Positions 38,943-49,938 of a stretch of DNA of 64,000 bases are shown one piece after another. The position numbers were made by a program, and so were the translations under genes. The notes under the pieces were generated by a model. The model saw nothing but the letters and a program-made list of their open reading frames with translations, ran no database searches and was not told the origin of the DNA. The stretch spans positions 186,001 through 250,000 of the forward strand of contig NMRA01000301.1 in the NCBI GenBank assembly GCA_002633005.1, written 5' to 3'. Every line of letters starts with the position of its first letter. Positions within the stretch are counted from its first letter, which is position 1. This DNA comes from Phoronis australis. Taxonomy: Eukaryota; Animalia; Phoronida.

Positions 38943-39550
38943 GTATTGACTAGCTGAGAAATTAACTGGCATTATCAGATGTTATGAATGTGTTTTATTA
39001 TTAACTTGGAAGGTATTGACTATCTGGAAATTGACTGGCATTATCAGATGCTATCAGTGTGTCTATTAACATACTATTAGAAAATATTAACTGGCTGAGA
39101 AATTGACTGGCGTTATCAGATGCTATGAATGTGTCTATTAACATATAAGGTATTAGTTAAGTGAGAAATTGACTGGCGTTATCAGATGCCATGAATGTGT
39201 CTATTAACATAGAAGGTATTGTAATGACTAACTGAGAAATTAACTGGCATTATCAGATGTTATGAATGTGTTTTATTATTAACTTGGAAGGTATTGACTA
39301 GCTGGAAATTGACTGGCATTATCAGATGCTATCAGTGTGTCTATCAACATATAAGGTATTAGCTAACTGTGAAATTGACTGGCATTATCAGATGCTATGA
39401 ATGTGTCCATTAACATACTATTAGAAAATATTGACTGGCTGAGAAATTGACTGGCGTTATCAGATGTTACGAATGTGTTTATTAACATAGAAGGTATTGG
39501 CTAACCGAGAAATTGACTGGCATTATCAGATGTTATCAATATGTTTATTA
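38931..39550. repeat. Minisatellite (~65-72 bp unit, ~9 copies) seeded from the exon 3/donor junction
   Basis: Unit AACATAGAAG|GTATTGACTAGCTGAGAAATT.ACTGGCATTATCAGATG begins within exon 3. Confidence 0.9.
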
Positions 39551-39971
39551 AGTTGACGATTATTCTTTTATGGTATTTTCTAAAACTCAAGCATTCAAGA
39601 ATGTTAGACTTTTTGACCATGTTTAAGAATTGTTTGCTTTGTCCAGGTGCAACACTGGTCAACTTAAGCAGATTGTCGGTTAAGTAGAGCATGGGGACGG
39701 ATGAAGGAAAATTGGAAAATGGCTTTTGACCAAATGAGGAGAATAAACAATGATTTAGGGTGTGTAGGAGAAAGTGTTGTCAGACAAAATCGTTCCTGCA
39801 CCTCTATTTGTTTCGATTGGTTTGAGTGTTTTGTTGGAGACGGTAATTCTCTCTATAATTGTCAGTACTTTGTCTTCCGATGTTACTGTCAGTTGAAAGA
39901 CAGTATTGTTTACAAAATATGGAGTGTTCATGTTTTCCATAATGATCGTATCATTAATTAATTATTTTTAG

Positions 39972-40108
39972 GTCGGGGAAATGTAACAACTAGCGCGGAG
40001 TTTAATTTCCACGCTGATCCTGAAGCCGCATTTGTCGCCCTCAAGGAACTAAATTGTGAAATCACCATTGCTCCATGGGAACTGTGCTTAAACAATGCAC
40101 TGACATGG
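39972..40108 (+). CDS. Nucleoside hydrolase exon 4
   Basis: [26 protein letters not shown]; AG/GT, phase 1-0. Confidence 0.95.
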
Positions 40109-42432
40109 GTATGTATTGTATTATTGAAGCTTGATGATGTTGTATTGTAGTTCTACACCTTGTGTTTAAGTCAGAGTTTGAAACCACCGAAATGTACCAT
40201 GATTATATCTGGCAAGTCATTATACCCAGTGTGAATGTTTTGTGTCTATCAAGCTTTCTAGATGAATTGGCCAATAATTATTTTTTTTTCTTTTATTAGA
40301 CTGAAAAGTACATAGCAGATTCTGTGCACAGAGTGAGCTCAGGGTGTTTTGGTGTTCTCAAACTAAGGTCCTGTTAAAAAGGATTGCTTCAGTCTGTTCT
40401 TGAATGAGTGAATGAGCTTGTTAAAACTGGCTAGAAATTGCAACCTAGAAGGGAGCTTTTGAAATTTTAGTCATGGGCATTAGTTTATTCTTCAAAATGT
40501 AAGCCTTTATCCATCCATTAAAGTTTGTTTAATGAGAAATAAAATCTGTTCAACTGGATTACTCCACATACTAGAAATCCTGAAGTCCTCAGGAGTGTCC
40601 CACTCCCTTCTTGAGTAATGGTGGAATCATTTGAATGGTGGGACAGGTGGAGCTTCCTGTCGTGCTCTCGATAGATACGATCTGTAGTTAGAGCATTCCA
40701 AGGAGCAGTCAGTAGTGTAAAGTTGTTCATTGTTCTTAATAGAAATCAGTTCAGTTTGGATCTTCAGCTATTTGTATTTCAATGTGAGATTCCAATTCTT
40801 CTTCCTTACGTCACATCATCATTGTCACAAGTTTTAGTAACGAGAACATTGATCATTTGATTATAACCGTACCATAATTCAACTTTGTGCTGATTACATG
40901 TTCCAACTAACCTGCTCACCTATTCAAGATGGTTGAAATTTCTGAGTAAATCGTTCTGTGGATAATGCGATTTCATCCTCATATGCTTTAGACTGGCGGC
41001 TTAAGCATCACAGTAGTTGCCTAAAGAATCTAAGACATATGCATACATTCACTTTTTCGCTCCGTTGGACTAGCTTACTCAAATTGGTGGTAATAGTGCG
41101 TCCAGTTTACTGTCCCCAAAGTCACTACCTTTGCATCTCTGCCATTTTGTGTTAGAACTGTGGAGTTCATGTTGTAAACTTTCAAAGCTTTAATTTATAG
41201 GTGTAATCATGTCTAGTGATGTTTCACATGTGGTGTCTTGAAGTGAGGGACTGCAATGGGTCATGTGGGGCATAGTAATCTGTTGATTTCATTCATAGAA
41301 TGGGCTTATGTGAGAGAAACAAACATTGAGGTTCCAATTCCTTTCTATGAGATTAAATAGGATTTTTATTATCTATTTTATAGTAAAGTACTAATGAGTG
41401 TTTGTGTAGATTGACATGAGAAGTAATTTAAGACTTAAGACAGAAATTTGATGTGACGCTGTAGGCTCCCACATCACAATAGCTGATAACAGGTTTAGTC
41501 ATCATACTCTACACATTCATTGAAATTACTTCTATCAGTAACTAGCAGTTATGTGAATATACTGGGTTGGTGCTTTTGTTCAGGCAAGTAATTTTATTAT
41601 TATCAGAAAATGATACATGACGTGTTAGACCAAATTTCTGACTTAAGTCTTAAAAAGTCGCTTTTCTTGAAATAACGCCCAAGTTGCAGAGGTAGACTGA
41701 AACCTGCATGATTTTCAGACGAATCAGACTACTGTGGCGCATCCTAGTGGCAGTGTTTTGCATCTATGGTAGTATTTCTAGCCCTCTGCAGGATCTTTAT
41801 TAAATTTGGCAAGTGTATTGATATGAAGTTGACAACAGACTACCACGACATTTGGACAGATCTGACTGTGGTTGAGCTCTTGTAGTGGCAATTTTTTTTC
41901 GTTGTCCTCTGTAGCTTTGAAACTTTATGAAATGTAATAAATTCATTTAGGTGTCGACAGGTTCCTCTTTTCGGATAGATTCGAAGTCTTGTGGTTGATG
42001 TTTTCCTATTGGTTCCGAGTGTATTCACTTGATGTCCCATGAGGCTATGAAAACATAAATCACTCACTTGTGGTATACAAATGCATCAAAATACCTGTTC
42101 CACAAACTGGTTACAGAGTGCCTGGGCCTCTAAGCTCTTTTGATTGAATTGCAATGCATTTCTTTCGTCAAGCCATCGCAGATTTCCAGATTTGACGACA
42201 GTCCTCACAAGGCGTTCAGCTGGATGGGTACAGAGATGAGTGTAAAAAGGCAAACAGCTGGTGCATTTCCTGGAAAGAGATATGCCAATATCAAACATTC
42301 CAAGTTCATGCGCAGTAGTTGTCCACTACAGTAACTGTTGTTGATGAAGTCTCTTTTTTGCAACAGTTACTTTTTGTTGTGTTGTCGCTGCTTCCGTCAA
42401 AACATCAATCGAGACAACCCATATCTTTGCAG

Positions 42433-42756
42433 GAGTGGTACGACAAGTTTGTACAGCCGGATACCGCGAAATGTCGCTTGGTCAGATCCACTGGCGAAGC
42501 CCAAGAAAAAAGCGGTAAAGACCAGAATAAGGTTTATCGGCTCGCTGACCAGTTCACTGTAGCTGTAGTCCTCAATCCATCACTAGTCACTGAATGTTAC
42601 CGCCGTCATGCTACGGTAGAGTTGAAAGGGGAGCACACACGTGGCCAGGTTGTGATTGATCACATGGATAGTTTCAACCAACAGACCAACGCGACTTTTG
42701 TCACCTCCGTCGACATGGGGACGCTCACAGACATGCTATGTCAAGCAATGTTATGA
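42433..42756 (+). CDS. Nucleoside hydrolase terminal exon 5a (gives a 316-aa protein)
   Basis: TTTGCAG|EWYDKFVQPDTAK..YRLADQF..HATVELKGEHTRGQVVID..MLCQAML*; phase 0; AATAAA at 43089. Confidence 0.9.
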   Translation, partial: EWYDKFVQPDTAKCRLVRSTGEAQEKSGKDQNKVYRLADQFTVAVVLNPSLVTECYRRHATVELKGEHTRGQVVIDHMDSFNQQTNATFVTSVDMGTLTDMLCQAML

Positions 42757-43315
42757 AGATTAACTTAGTATACTGTCTTATGAATATTTTTCTAAAAGGA
42801 GTTTAAAATGATGTATGTGATCTACAGAAATCTTGGTTGGTGCCAGTGACCATACATTTGACATTGTTTTGGTTATTTTAATGCAGATCCTTAAAGTCTG
42901 TTTTTAAGGGACCATTCTCCACCAGAAAATTAGCAGTAGCGCAGAATCGAACCCCCTAAATTTTCAATAACAGCTAAACGCTTTGGGCTGAGCCAAATTA
43001 CATGTGTTAACTAACCCTATTTAAATGATAAAGACACCCACTTAACTTTCCTTGAATGTCTGGCAGACTACCTCAAGTGGCTTTTTGTAATAAAGTCACT
43101 AAAAAAACATTGGCTGTTATTGTTTTATAGTTGTTGTCAAACCTAATAACTTCAAGAAGTCTCCCATACAATAACAACCCCAAAAGTGTGTTTTCCCACT
43201 ACAGTACATCTCCATTACGAGATAGTGCATGGACTATGAACTTGCCTTCATTGGTTGTAACATTAATATCTTAAGCTACTGGTTCACCAATGCACCCTCG
43301 AGCAGACTTTGTCCC

Positions 43316-43720
43316 AACTGGCTGAGTTCAGTGATGGTAGTGGACTGCTCCAAGCCGGTTATTACTTATGGCCATGCTGCTAAGAGTCACAAGAAGAGCC
43401 ATGCCGAGTGTTGTCAAATCAGAAGCTGACAGGCAACGTCAGCTCTGGAGTTTGCGCCTTCTGCTGTCACGGGGATGGTCTGGGGAGAGGATTAATGCAC
43501 CAGCATATCCCCAAGGAACCTGTCCCTGACAGGTGTTACAAGTATTATTACATTAATATCTTGGGATCTCATCAAGACACCAGAAAACAAGTGGTAATGG
43601 ATATGCAGCTGTTGAAACACCAAAATTCCGTTCAGGTCCTAATAAAAGGGCACTCTAACAAGAAATGACATTCACTCTCAGTAACTCTCGTCTCACAATA
43701 AGAGCATAATCTCTCCTCGT
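43316..43720 (+). pseudogene. Possible third, decayed copy of the NH terminal exon
   Basis: NWLSSVMVVDCSK matches the W-x7-D-x2-K start of 5a and 5b. In another frame, CYKYYYINILGSHQDTRKQVVMD resembles CYRRHATVELKGEHTRGQVVID. No acceptor AG, frameshifted, ~60 nt longer. Confidence 0.4.
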
Positions 43721-45208
43721 TTGGAATTCTAAGGTACCGGTCCATCTCAGCAACTGATTAGCGCATCGAAATCTCGCCAGCACATTTTGAAACATAATTT
43801 GCTCTAACTCGAGAGTCGGTTTGAAATCGGGATTTACAACTGGCTTGCTGAACACGTCATCAAGCAATAAAGACAGGTACTGCTGTGCAGTGCCATCATG
43901 ATGCCACCGAATGTAAACTTTGACTTGATTCAGAACGAGTCTGGCCAGAGTTCTTTCTAAATATGTGAAATCTTCTGGTTTTCTTTGCACAAAACGTGTT
44001 GATGGGAAGCCCATGCTGGCTTTTCAAACATGGAGTGAAACGTTTTAAACAAAAGTATTACGCAATACAACGTGTTTAGTACACGCTAAGACGTTTTACC
44101 TCAACGCATCTGACCCTGAAGGGAGACTGAACTGAATGAGATTGGAGACGTCAACACACGTGAAACACCTGGTCATATGAAATCAGACAACTGAAGTTCT
44201 TGATAGTGGACCGAGTCACTGTCAAGAAATGCATCTAGATGGTTGTGCTTAGATCTGCTAGTGTCAATCAGTAATGACTTATCCCTCGTAACTAAATGGT
44301 CTTAAATATATCATGTTACTTATCAGCCAAATAAACTTGAACAGTCTAATGCTATGTTAACGCCTCGTTATCTCTGTAGCCATCCTTACCAGGAATACAT
44401 CTAGTCTCTTTAAGGCAGTGAGTTTCTTAAAATTGAGGTTACACAGGGCCGGGCGCTGCGCTGCCCTCAGTGTAAGCAAAAAACCAGTTCACTCGTGGTT
44501 TCATGAGCTTTTTTAAAATATGAAATAATCGTTTAATGAACATCATGAAATGTTGGATACTGTATGGAAAGTCTCGAATTAACCGGTAAGAGTAAATAAA
44601 AACATCCAGGCCGTTGTACCGGACATGCGCAGGCTATCAGCAGGTGGCCAAGGTCATTGCTCTGATCACTTGTAACCATTTACTGCTTTAGATGTCTCGC
44701 TTTTTCAATCCAGATGTCCCTGTTAGCATTTCAGAATGTTAGCAACTATGTTTTACTGCTTTTCGGTGAAGAACCAAGAACTACTTGGTTAAGATTTTTC
44801 GAATTTTTGTTCTTACAATGATTTACGCTCCTGGCATTCTTTGGAGATGAATTTGTTGACTTAACATGTAACGAGTCGCAGGGATCGTATACTTAGTGTG
44901 CCATTTCCTCTTGAGACTCACCCCCACTCCACTGAGCTTTCAAAAGGGTGGGGGGGGGGGCGGTGCCGGTCCAATCAGGTGCTGACCGATTGGCGGGGTG
45001 GCTAAGTAAAACTGATGTGTATTAATTAGGACGGATTAGTCACAATCTGGCTTAGGCTAGCTTAGGTGTTGCGGAAACAAAACCTCAAGTATTAGCGTAG
45101 AAGTTGTCTCATGGTTTGGTTCAGACGTGACCTAGTCCTGCAACCATCACCATTTTGGCAGTGAATCAGAAAGGAATGTCCTGTCATACGAACTTGTATC
45201 TTTTTAAG

Positions 45209-45535
45209 GAATGGTATCATGAGAAACGTGCTGTAGACACGCCAAAGGCAGCCTTTCTACGAGAAAGGGAACGACGAATGGTTACATTTTGCGCTAAAGA
45301 AAATTGGCCAACCTACATTCCGTGCGATGAAATCGCTGTAGCGCTCATGCTGAATGAAGGTGTTCGTGTAAAAAAGGAACGTCATCATGCTACAGTGGAG
45401 TTGGCGGGAAAATTCACGCGAGGTCAAATGGTGCTCGATCGTGATGGATATCTGAAAAGTACCAAAAAGGTTACGTTTGTGACCCAGATCAACGAGAGTA
45501 TTTATCACAAGATGTTGTGTCAGGCGGTCAGATAA
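45209..45535 (+). CDS. Nucleoside hydrolase alternative terminal exon 5b (gives a 317-aa protein)
   Basis: TCTTTTTAAG|EWYHEKRAVDTPK..YIPCDEI..HATVELAGKFTRGQMVLD..MLCQAVR*; phase 0, intact; no separate exons 1-4 seen between 5a and 5b. Confidence 0.85.
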   Translation, partial: EWYHEKRAVDTPKAAFLRERERRMVTFCAKENWPTYIPCDEIAVALMLNEGVRVKKERHHATVELAGKFTRGQMVLDRDGYLKSTKKVTFVTQINESIYHKMLCQAVR

Positions 45536-46229
45536 AAGAGTTTTGAATTCAATGCCAATGGCCAGGTTGTCGGATCATACAGAAGATAGCTGGAACATCT
45601 GATGCTCCATCCAAACAAGTTAATATGTGAATGCTCCATGGACAAATGGTAACAAATATATAATTATTTTAACACTGAGCCAATGGGGAAAATGTCACCT
45701 TCTTTAGTGTCGCTAAAAGGTTTTCAAAGAATTTCATAAGTGTCATTTCATTGGAAAGCTCTTCATCAGCTTTTGCACGAGTATGGTTATTTCAGAAGCA
45801 AAAGATGAATGATTTACTTCTTTAACTTACCAGACATGCTTAAAAATATTTTTTTAATTCTAGAAACCAAGAGTGTTACCAAAATGTAAAAAAGTGTAAT
45901 TACAAACGTACATGAACTAATTGGAGGATTAATTAGCGAGTTAGTGTACAAGTGAAATATAATGTCAATTACTTTAAGGTGTCATAGCAACATAAAAAGA
46001 AGTGAACAAGATGGTTGTAAATTAATAATAAAACTAACAGGGAAATAGCTGCAATGATTCAAAAGTTTGCTAAAGACATAGATTCATTGTAGGACTGGAT
46101 CCCTCATAGTTGTAAATAATTTAGTCTGGCATTCGTTCAAAATTATTCATCATTATTAATTGTATCTTTGGTGCCCTTTGATTCAATTTCATTGCTTGGT
46201 AAAAAATCAGGACATTTACGAAAATTGTG

Positions 46230-46390
46230 TTGAGCTAATCACTCTAACTACTTATCCGAAGTTCGCAGATAAGGGTTTTATGATTGATAAAAATTGGTTG
46301 AAGAGTAGGAAAATTAGTGATCCAGATACATTTAGTATATGTTACGATAAACAGGAGACATTGGAACACATTTTTACGTTTGTTATGTTA
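46230..46390 (+). mobile_element. L1/Tx1-type LINE ORF2 C-terminal zinc-knuckle remnant
   Basis: WLKSRKISDPDTFSICYDKQETLEHIF resembles the zf-RVT motif (L..I....C..C....ET.EH.F). Confidence 0.5.
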
Positions 46391-46873
46391 GTGCATTCAA
46401 ATGCGAGTCATCCGGTTAAAAAGCAGGGCAGCTGAATCTACGTCAGCTACGCAAGGGAAACATTTCAAATCTGAACGGGTGTAGCGTTTTTTATCAATCT
46501 TTAGCAGAGTAGACAATATTTGACTGTATGTATAAATTATGAAGGTGACGAGAATGAGAAAAGATATGAGTTCTTAAGAATCTATGGCGCTGTCCATTAG
46601 AACTTAGTACATGTTGTTCTCCGATTTGTTCATGAGCGATAGCGCTGTTACATGGTCACGTAAAGCAATACTACGCAAAATTACTCGAGTAAAAGGCAAA
46701 TATTACGTCGGGTTAAGCGCGGTACCTTAAGTTGCTACAGTACTCTAGCAAAATGTTTGCAGCCGCTAAAGATAGATGAGGTTGGAATGTTGAATGCACT
46801 TTTTACGTTCCATAAGCGAGAATTTCTTACCGCACATGCTTTGCGTGTGTCTTGATCTACGTAATGCTGTTCA

Positions 46874-47093
46874 GGGACCCGTTTCAAGAAACTGGCCTTG
46901 AGTTCATTTTTTACTTTAGTCTAAGATTTTTCTCAACTCCAAACTTTGAACTTCCACATCTGGTAATTGTAAGTTAGATAAAATTAAAACAAAAGTTAAG
47001 TCAACAACTTGAGTCAAAATGCACTTGAGACAAATTTAAGTTTTATCTTTAAATTGGCGGAAATTTAAGATTTGGCTTTAGTTAAGTGGCCCC
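46874..47093. mobile_element. Harbinger-like MITE, homologue of 11993-12228
   Basis: GGGACCCGTTTCAAGAA start; the internal TCTCAACTCCAAACTTTGAA is the reverse complement of ~12164-12186. Confidence 0.6.
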
Positions 47094-48282
47094 AGAGCTC
47101 TAGTACACCATCAGATGGCAGTGTTTGTTATTTGACACGCCATTTGGTATTCTCGCTGTGTTTTTGTTTGGACTTAAGACCGTTTGAAAATAGACCTTGC
47201 TCTTGTCGGCTTGTTGTGTTTTGAATCTGAATGGTAGTAAAAAAAACAACTACGAGGCACAAGCAATGATTCGTTTAGGTTTCACAGATGCAAAATCGAA
47301 TTTCGTAAGTCACGCACAAAGGGATAGGAAGGCACTATACTTGTCACTTTAAGATGCGCTTAGCAAACAGGAATGACTTGTGTTGATGCATGACTATTTG
47401 TATTATGAATGGCTAAATAAACTATTTATCTATCATAAAAAGTAGGCTTATACCTATTTACATTAGAAATTAATAGAAAAAACGTACATGTGTTGATCTT
47501 AAAGACTGGAAATGGTAGGAGAATGATTAACCTGAAAACTTTCAGGTGTCGAAAGGGCGTTTTGGGGAAAAGGGGTTCTGGAAAAAGGCCGGTAGTGCGC
47601 GTAATGTGCGATGAAAGCGATTCGGCTGATGTTTCGAATGTCGGCCGCCCATTCGGGCACAAGCCCGATTTTTGTAGCTCTCCAATGACAAGCCTAGCTG
47701 ATACGTTGAAGAACTTTGGAGAACTGAACAAAAGTTGCTAGTGTCTAAAAGCGTTACAGACTCTGAGAATGTGAGATTTGATATGCTGTCCATGAAATGC
47801 GTAAAACATAATTGTAATTGTGTGCCTTTCTCTCAACCAACTTTTACTGCGAATGATTTCATCAAAGTTGATAGTATTTACACTATAGGTCTAAAACTCT
47901 GCTGCAGTGACAAACGTTAAAGGAAATCTCTTATCTAGTTCCGTAGCTTGTTTAGAAATTTCTTTGCTGGACTTTCCTTAATCAGAAAAGACAATGAACT
48001 ACAGAAATAATTTGTTCAAAAAGGAATGTTTACCGGGGTCGCTTTTACTTAACATTTTCGGAAGATTGTCTATGATCGGCGCTCCTTCAGGAACGGGACC
48101 CTCTATCCGAAACCACTATTTTTACAACCTTATTGGCGGAGGGGGGAGGTGAATCTGGGCTCACCACTAATAATGAATTTGGAAGCAATGCCTCTCCGCA
48201 AAACGACCTAAAGAAACAATATGTACATGTAACCTCTACGACTCCTCAACAGGCAGACAACTGGTGGCGGAAGTTAGTTTAA

Positions 48283-49754
48283 AGGCGAAGACAACCTTTT
48301 TCCATGTTATTTTGACCTAAAATAAGGTTGGTTGGTTATCCTAGACATATTTTCCACTTAATTGCAGCTTTTCGTAATTTTATAAATTACTCGTCCGCTA
48401 CTGCGGAAGTGACGTTTTAGGAGGCAAGCGTTTCCCGCCACTTNNNNNNNNNNNNNNNNNNNNNNNNNNNNNNNNNNNNNNNNNNNNNNNNNNNNNNNNN
48501 NNNNNNNNNNNNNNNNNNNNNNNNNNNNNNNNNNNNNNNNNNNNNNNNNNNNNNNNNNNNNNNNNNNNNNNNNNNNNNNNNNNNNNNNNNNNNNNNNNNN
48601 NNNNNNNNNNNNNNNNNNNNNNNNNNNNNNNNNNNNNNNNNNNNNNNNNNNNNNNNNNNNNNNNNNNNNNNNNNNNNNNNNNNNNNNNNNNNNNNNNNNN
48701 NNNNNNNNNNNNNNNNNNNNNNNNNNNNNNNNNNNNNNNNNNNNNNNNNNNNNNNNNNNNNNNNNNNNNNNNNNNNNNNNNNNNNNNNNNNNNNNNNNNN
48801 NNNNNNNNNNNNNNNNNNNNNNNNNNNNNNNNNNNNNNNNNNNNNNNNNNNNNNNNNNNNNNNNNNNNNNNNNNNNNNNNNNNNNNNNNNNNNNNNNNNN
48901 NNNNNNNNNNNNNNNNNNNNNNNNNNNNNNNNNNNNNNNNNNNNNNNNNNNNNNNNNNNNNNNNNNNNNNNNNNNNNNNNNNNNNNNNNNNNNNNNNNNN
49001 NNNNNNNNNNNNNNNNNNNNNNNNNNNNNNNNNNNNNNNNNNNNNNNNNNNNNNNNNNNNNNNNNNNNNNNNNNNNNNNNNNNNNNNNNNNNNNNNNNNN
49101 NNNNNNNNNNNNNNNNNNNNNNNNNNNNNNNNNNNNNNNNNNNNNNNNNNNNNNNNNNNNNNNNNNNNNNNNNNNNNNNNNNNNNNNNNNNNNNNNNNNN
49201 NNNNNNNNNNNNNNNNNNNNNNNNNNNNNNNNNNNNNNNNNNNNNNNGGGACCTTCATCAGTTCAGCGTACAAATCCCTTTCGTAATCGTACGGCAGAAA
49301 GTGCTTGCCACACACACGGTAATTCTCCACTGCTTTGTACGTTGCGTGGACGGGTAACGCTGCATTCTTCACACGAATGAGCCAAGTACGGCGAAGTGTG
49401 TCATCCATCGGAAAGCGATGCAAAGGTACTCCCAAAGCGCGCGTGAGCCGATAATTAGTACATCCTGGTACGCAGCAACAGTGTGGCATGTTGACTGACT
49501 AGTAAATGAAAGCAAACGACGACGGAACTCAACACAAACGAGGTAGAACAATGACTGACTCGGCAGCTCTCACAGTCAGACTATATGAAAAGAAATTGGC
49601 GCGAAATGCTTGCCTCCAAAAACGTCACTTCCGGAGTAGCGGACGAGTAATTAATAAAATTACGAAAAGCTGTAATTAAGTGGAAAATATGTCTAGGATA
49701 ACCAATCAACCTTATTTTAGCTCAAAATGACATGGAAAAAGGTTGCCTTCGCCT
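48283..49754 (-). mobile_element. Kolobok-like THAP element, second copy of the 30371-31715 family
   Basis: TTAA|AGGCGAAG...CTTCGCCT|TTAA; long TIRs homologous to the first copy; centre is an N-gap. Confidence 0.88.
49248..49489 (-). CDS. THAP domain N-terminus, intact up to the gap
   Basis: MPHCCCVPGCTN..LHRFPMDDTLRRTWLIRV..YRVCGKHF: the C2CH THAP signature is complete. Confidence 0.7.
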
Positions 49755-49938
49755 TTAAGTACTGCCTACACTGATGGTCTGAAGTATCAGTGGCGCCGAC
49801 GGGGTGCCGGGAATGTTTGATTAGAATACATCCTTGGTAACGCATACGGGCTTATAAGTCGGATTTAGATTTTTAGTGCCCTAGTTACGTGATTTGAGCT
49901 GTTGCCGGTGCTCGCAACTGTCCTTCTGTGAGCCACGT

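Noticed and set aside
43655-44014. 119-aa minus-strand ORF inside the NH gene
   Set aside because: No recognisable motif or splice structure; compatible with chance.
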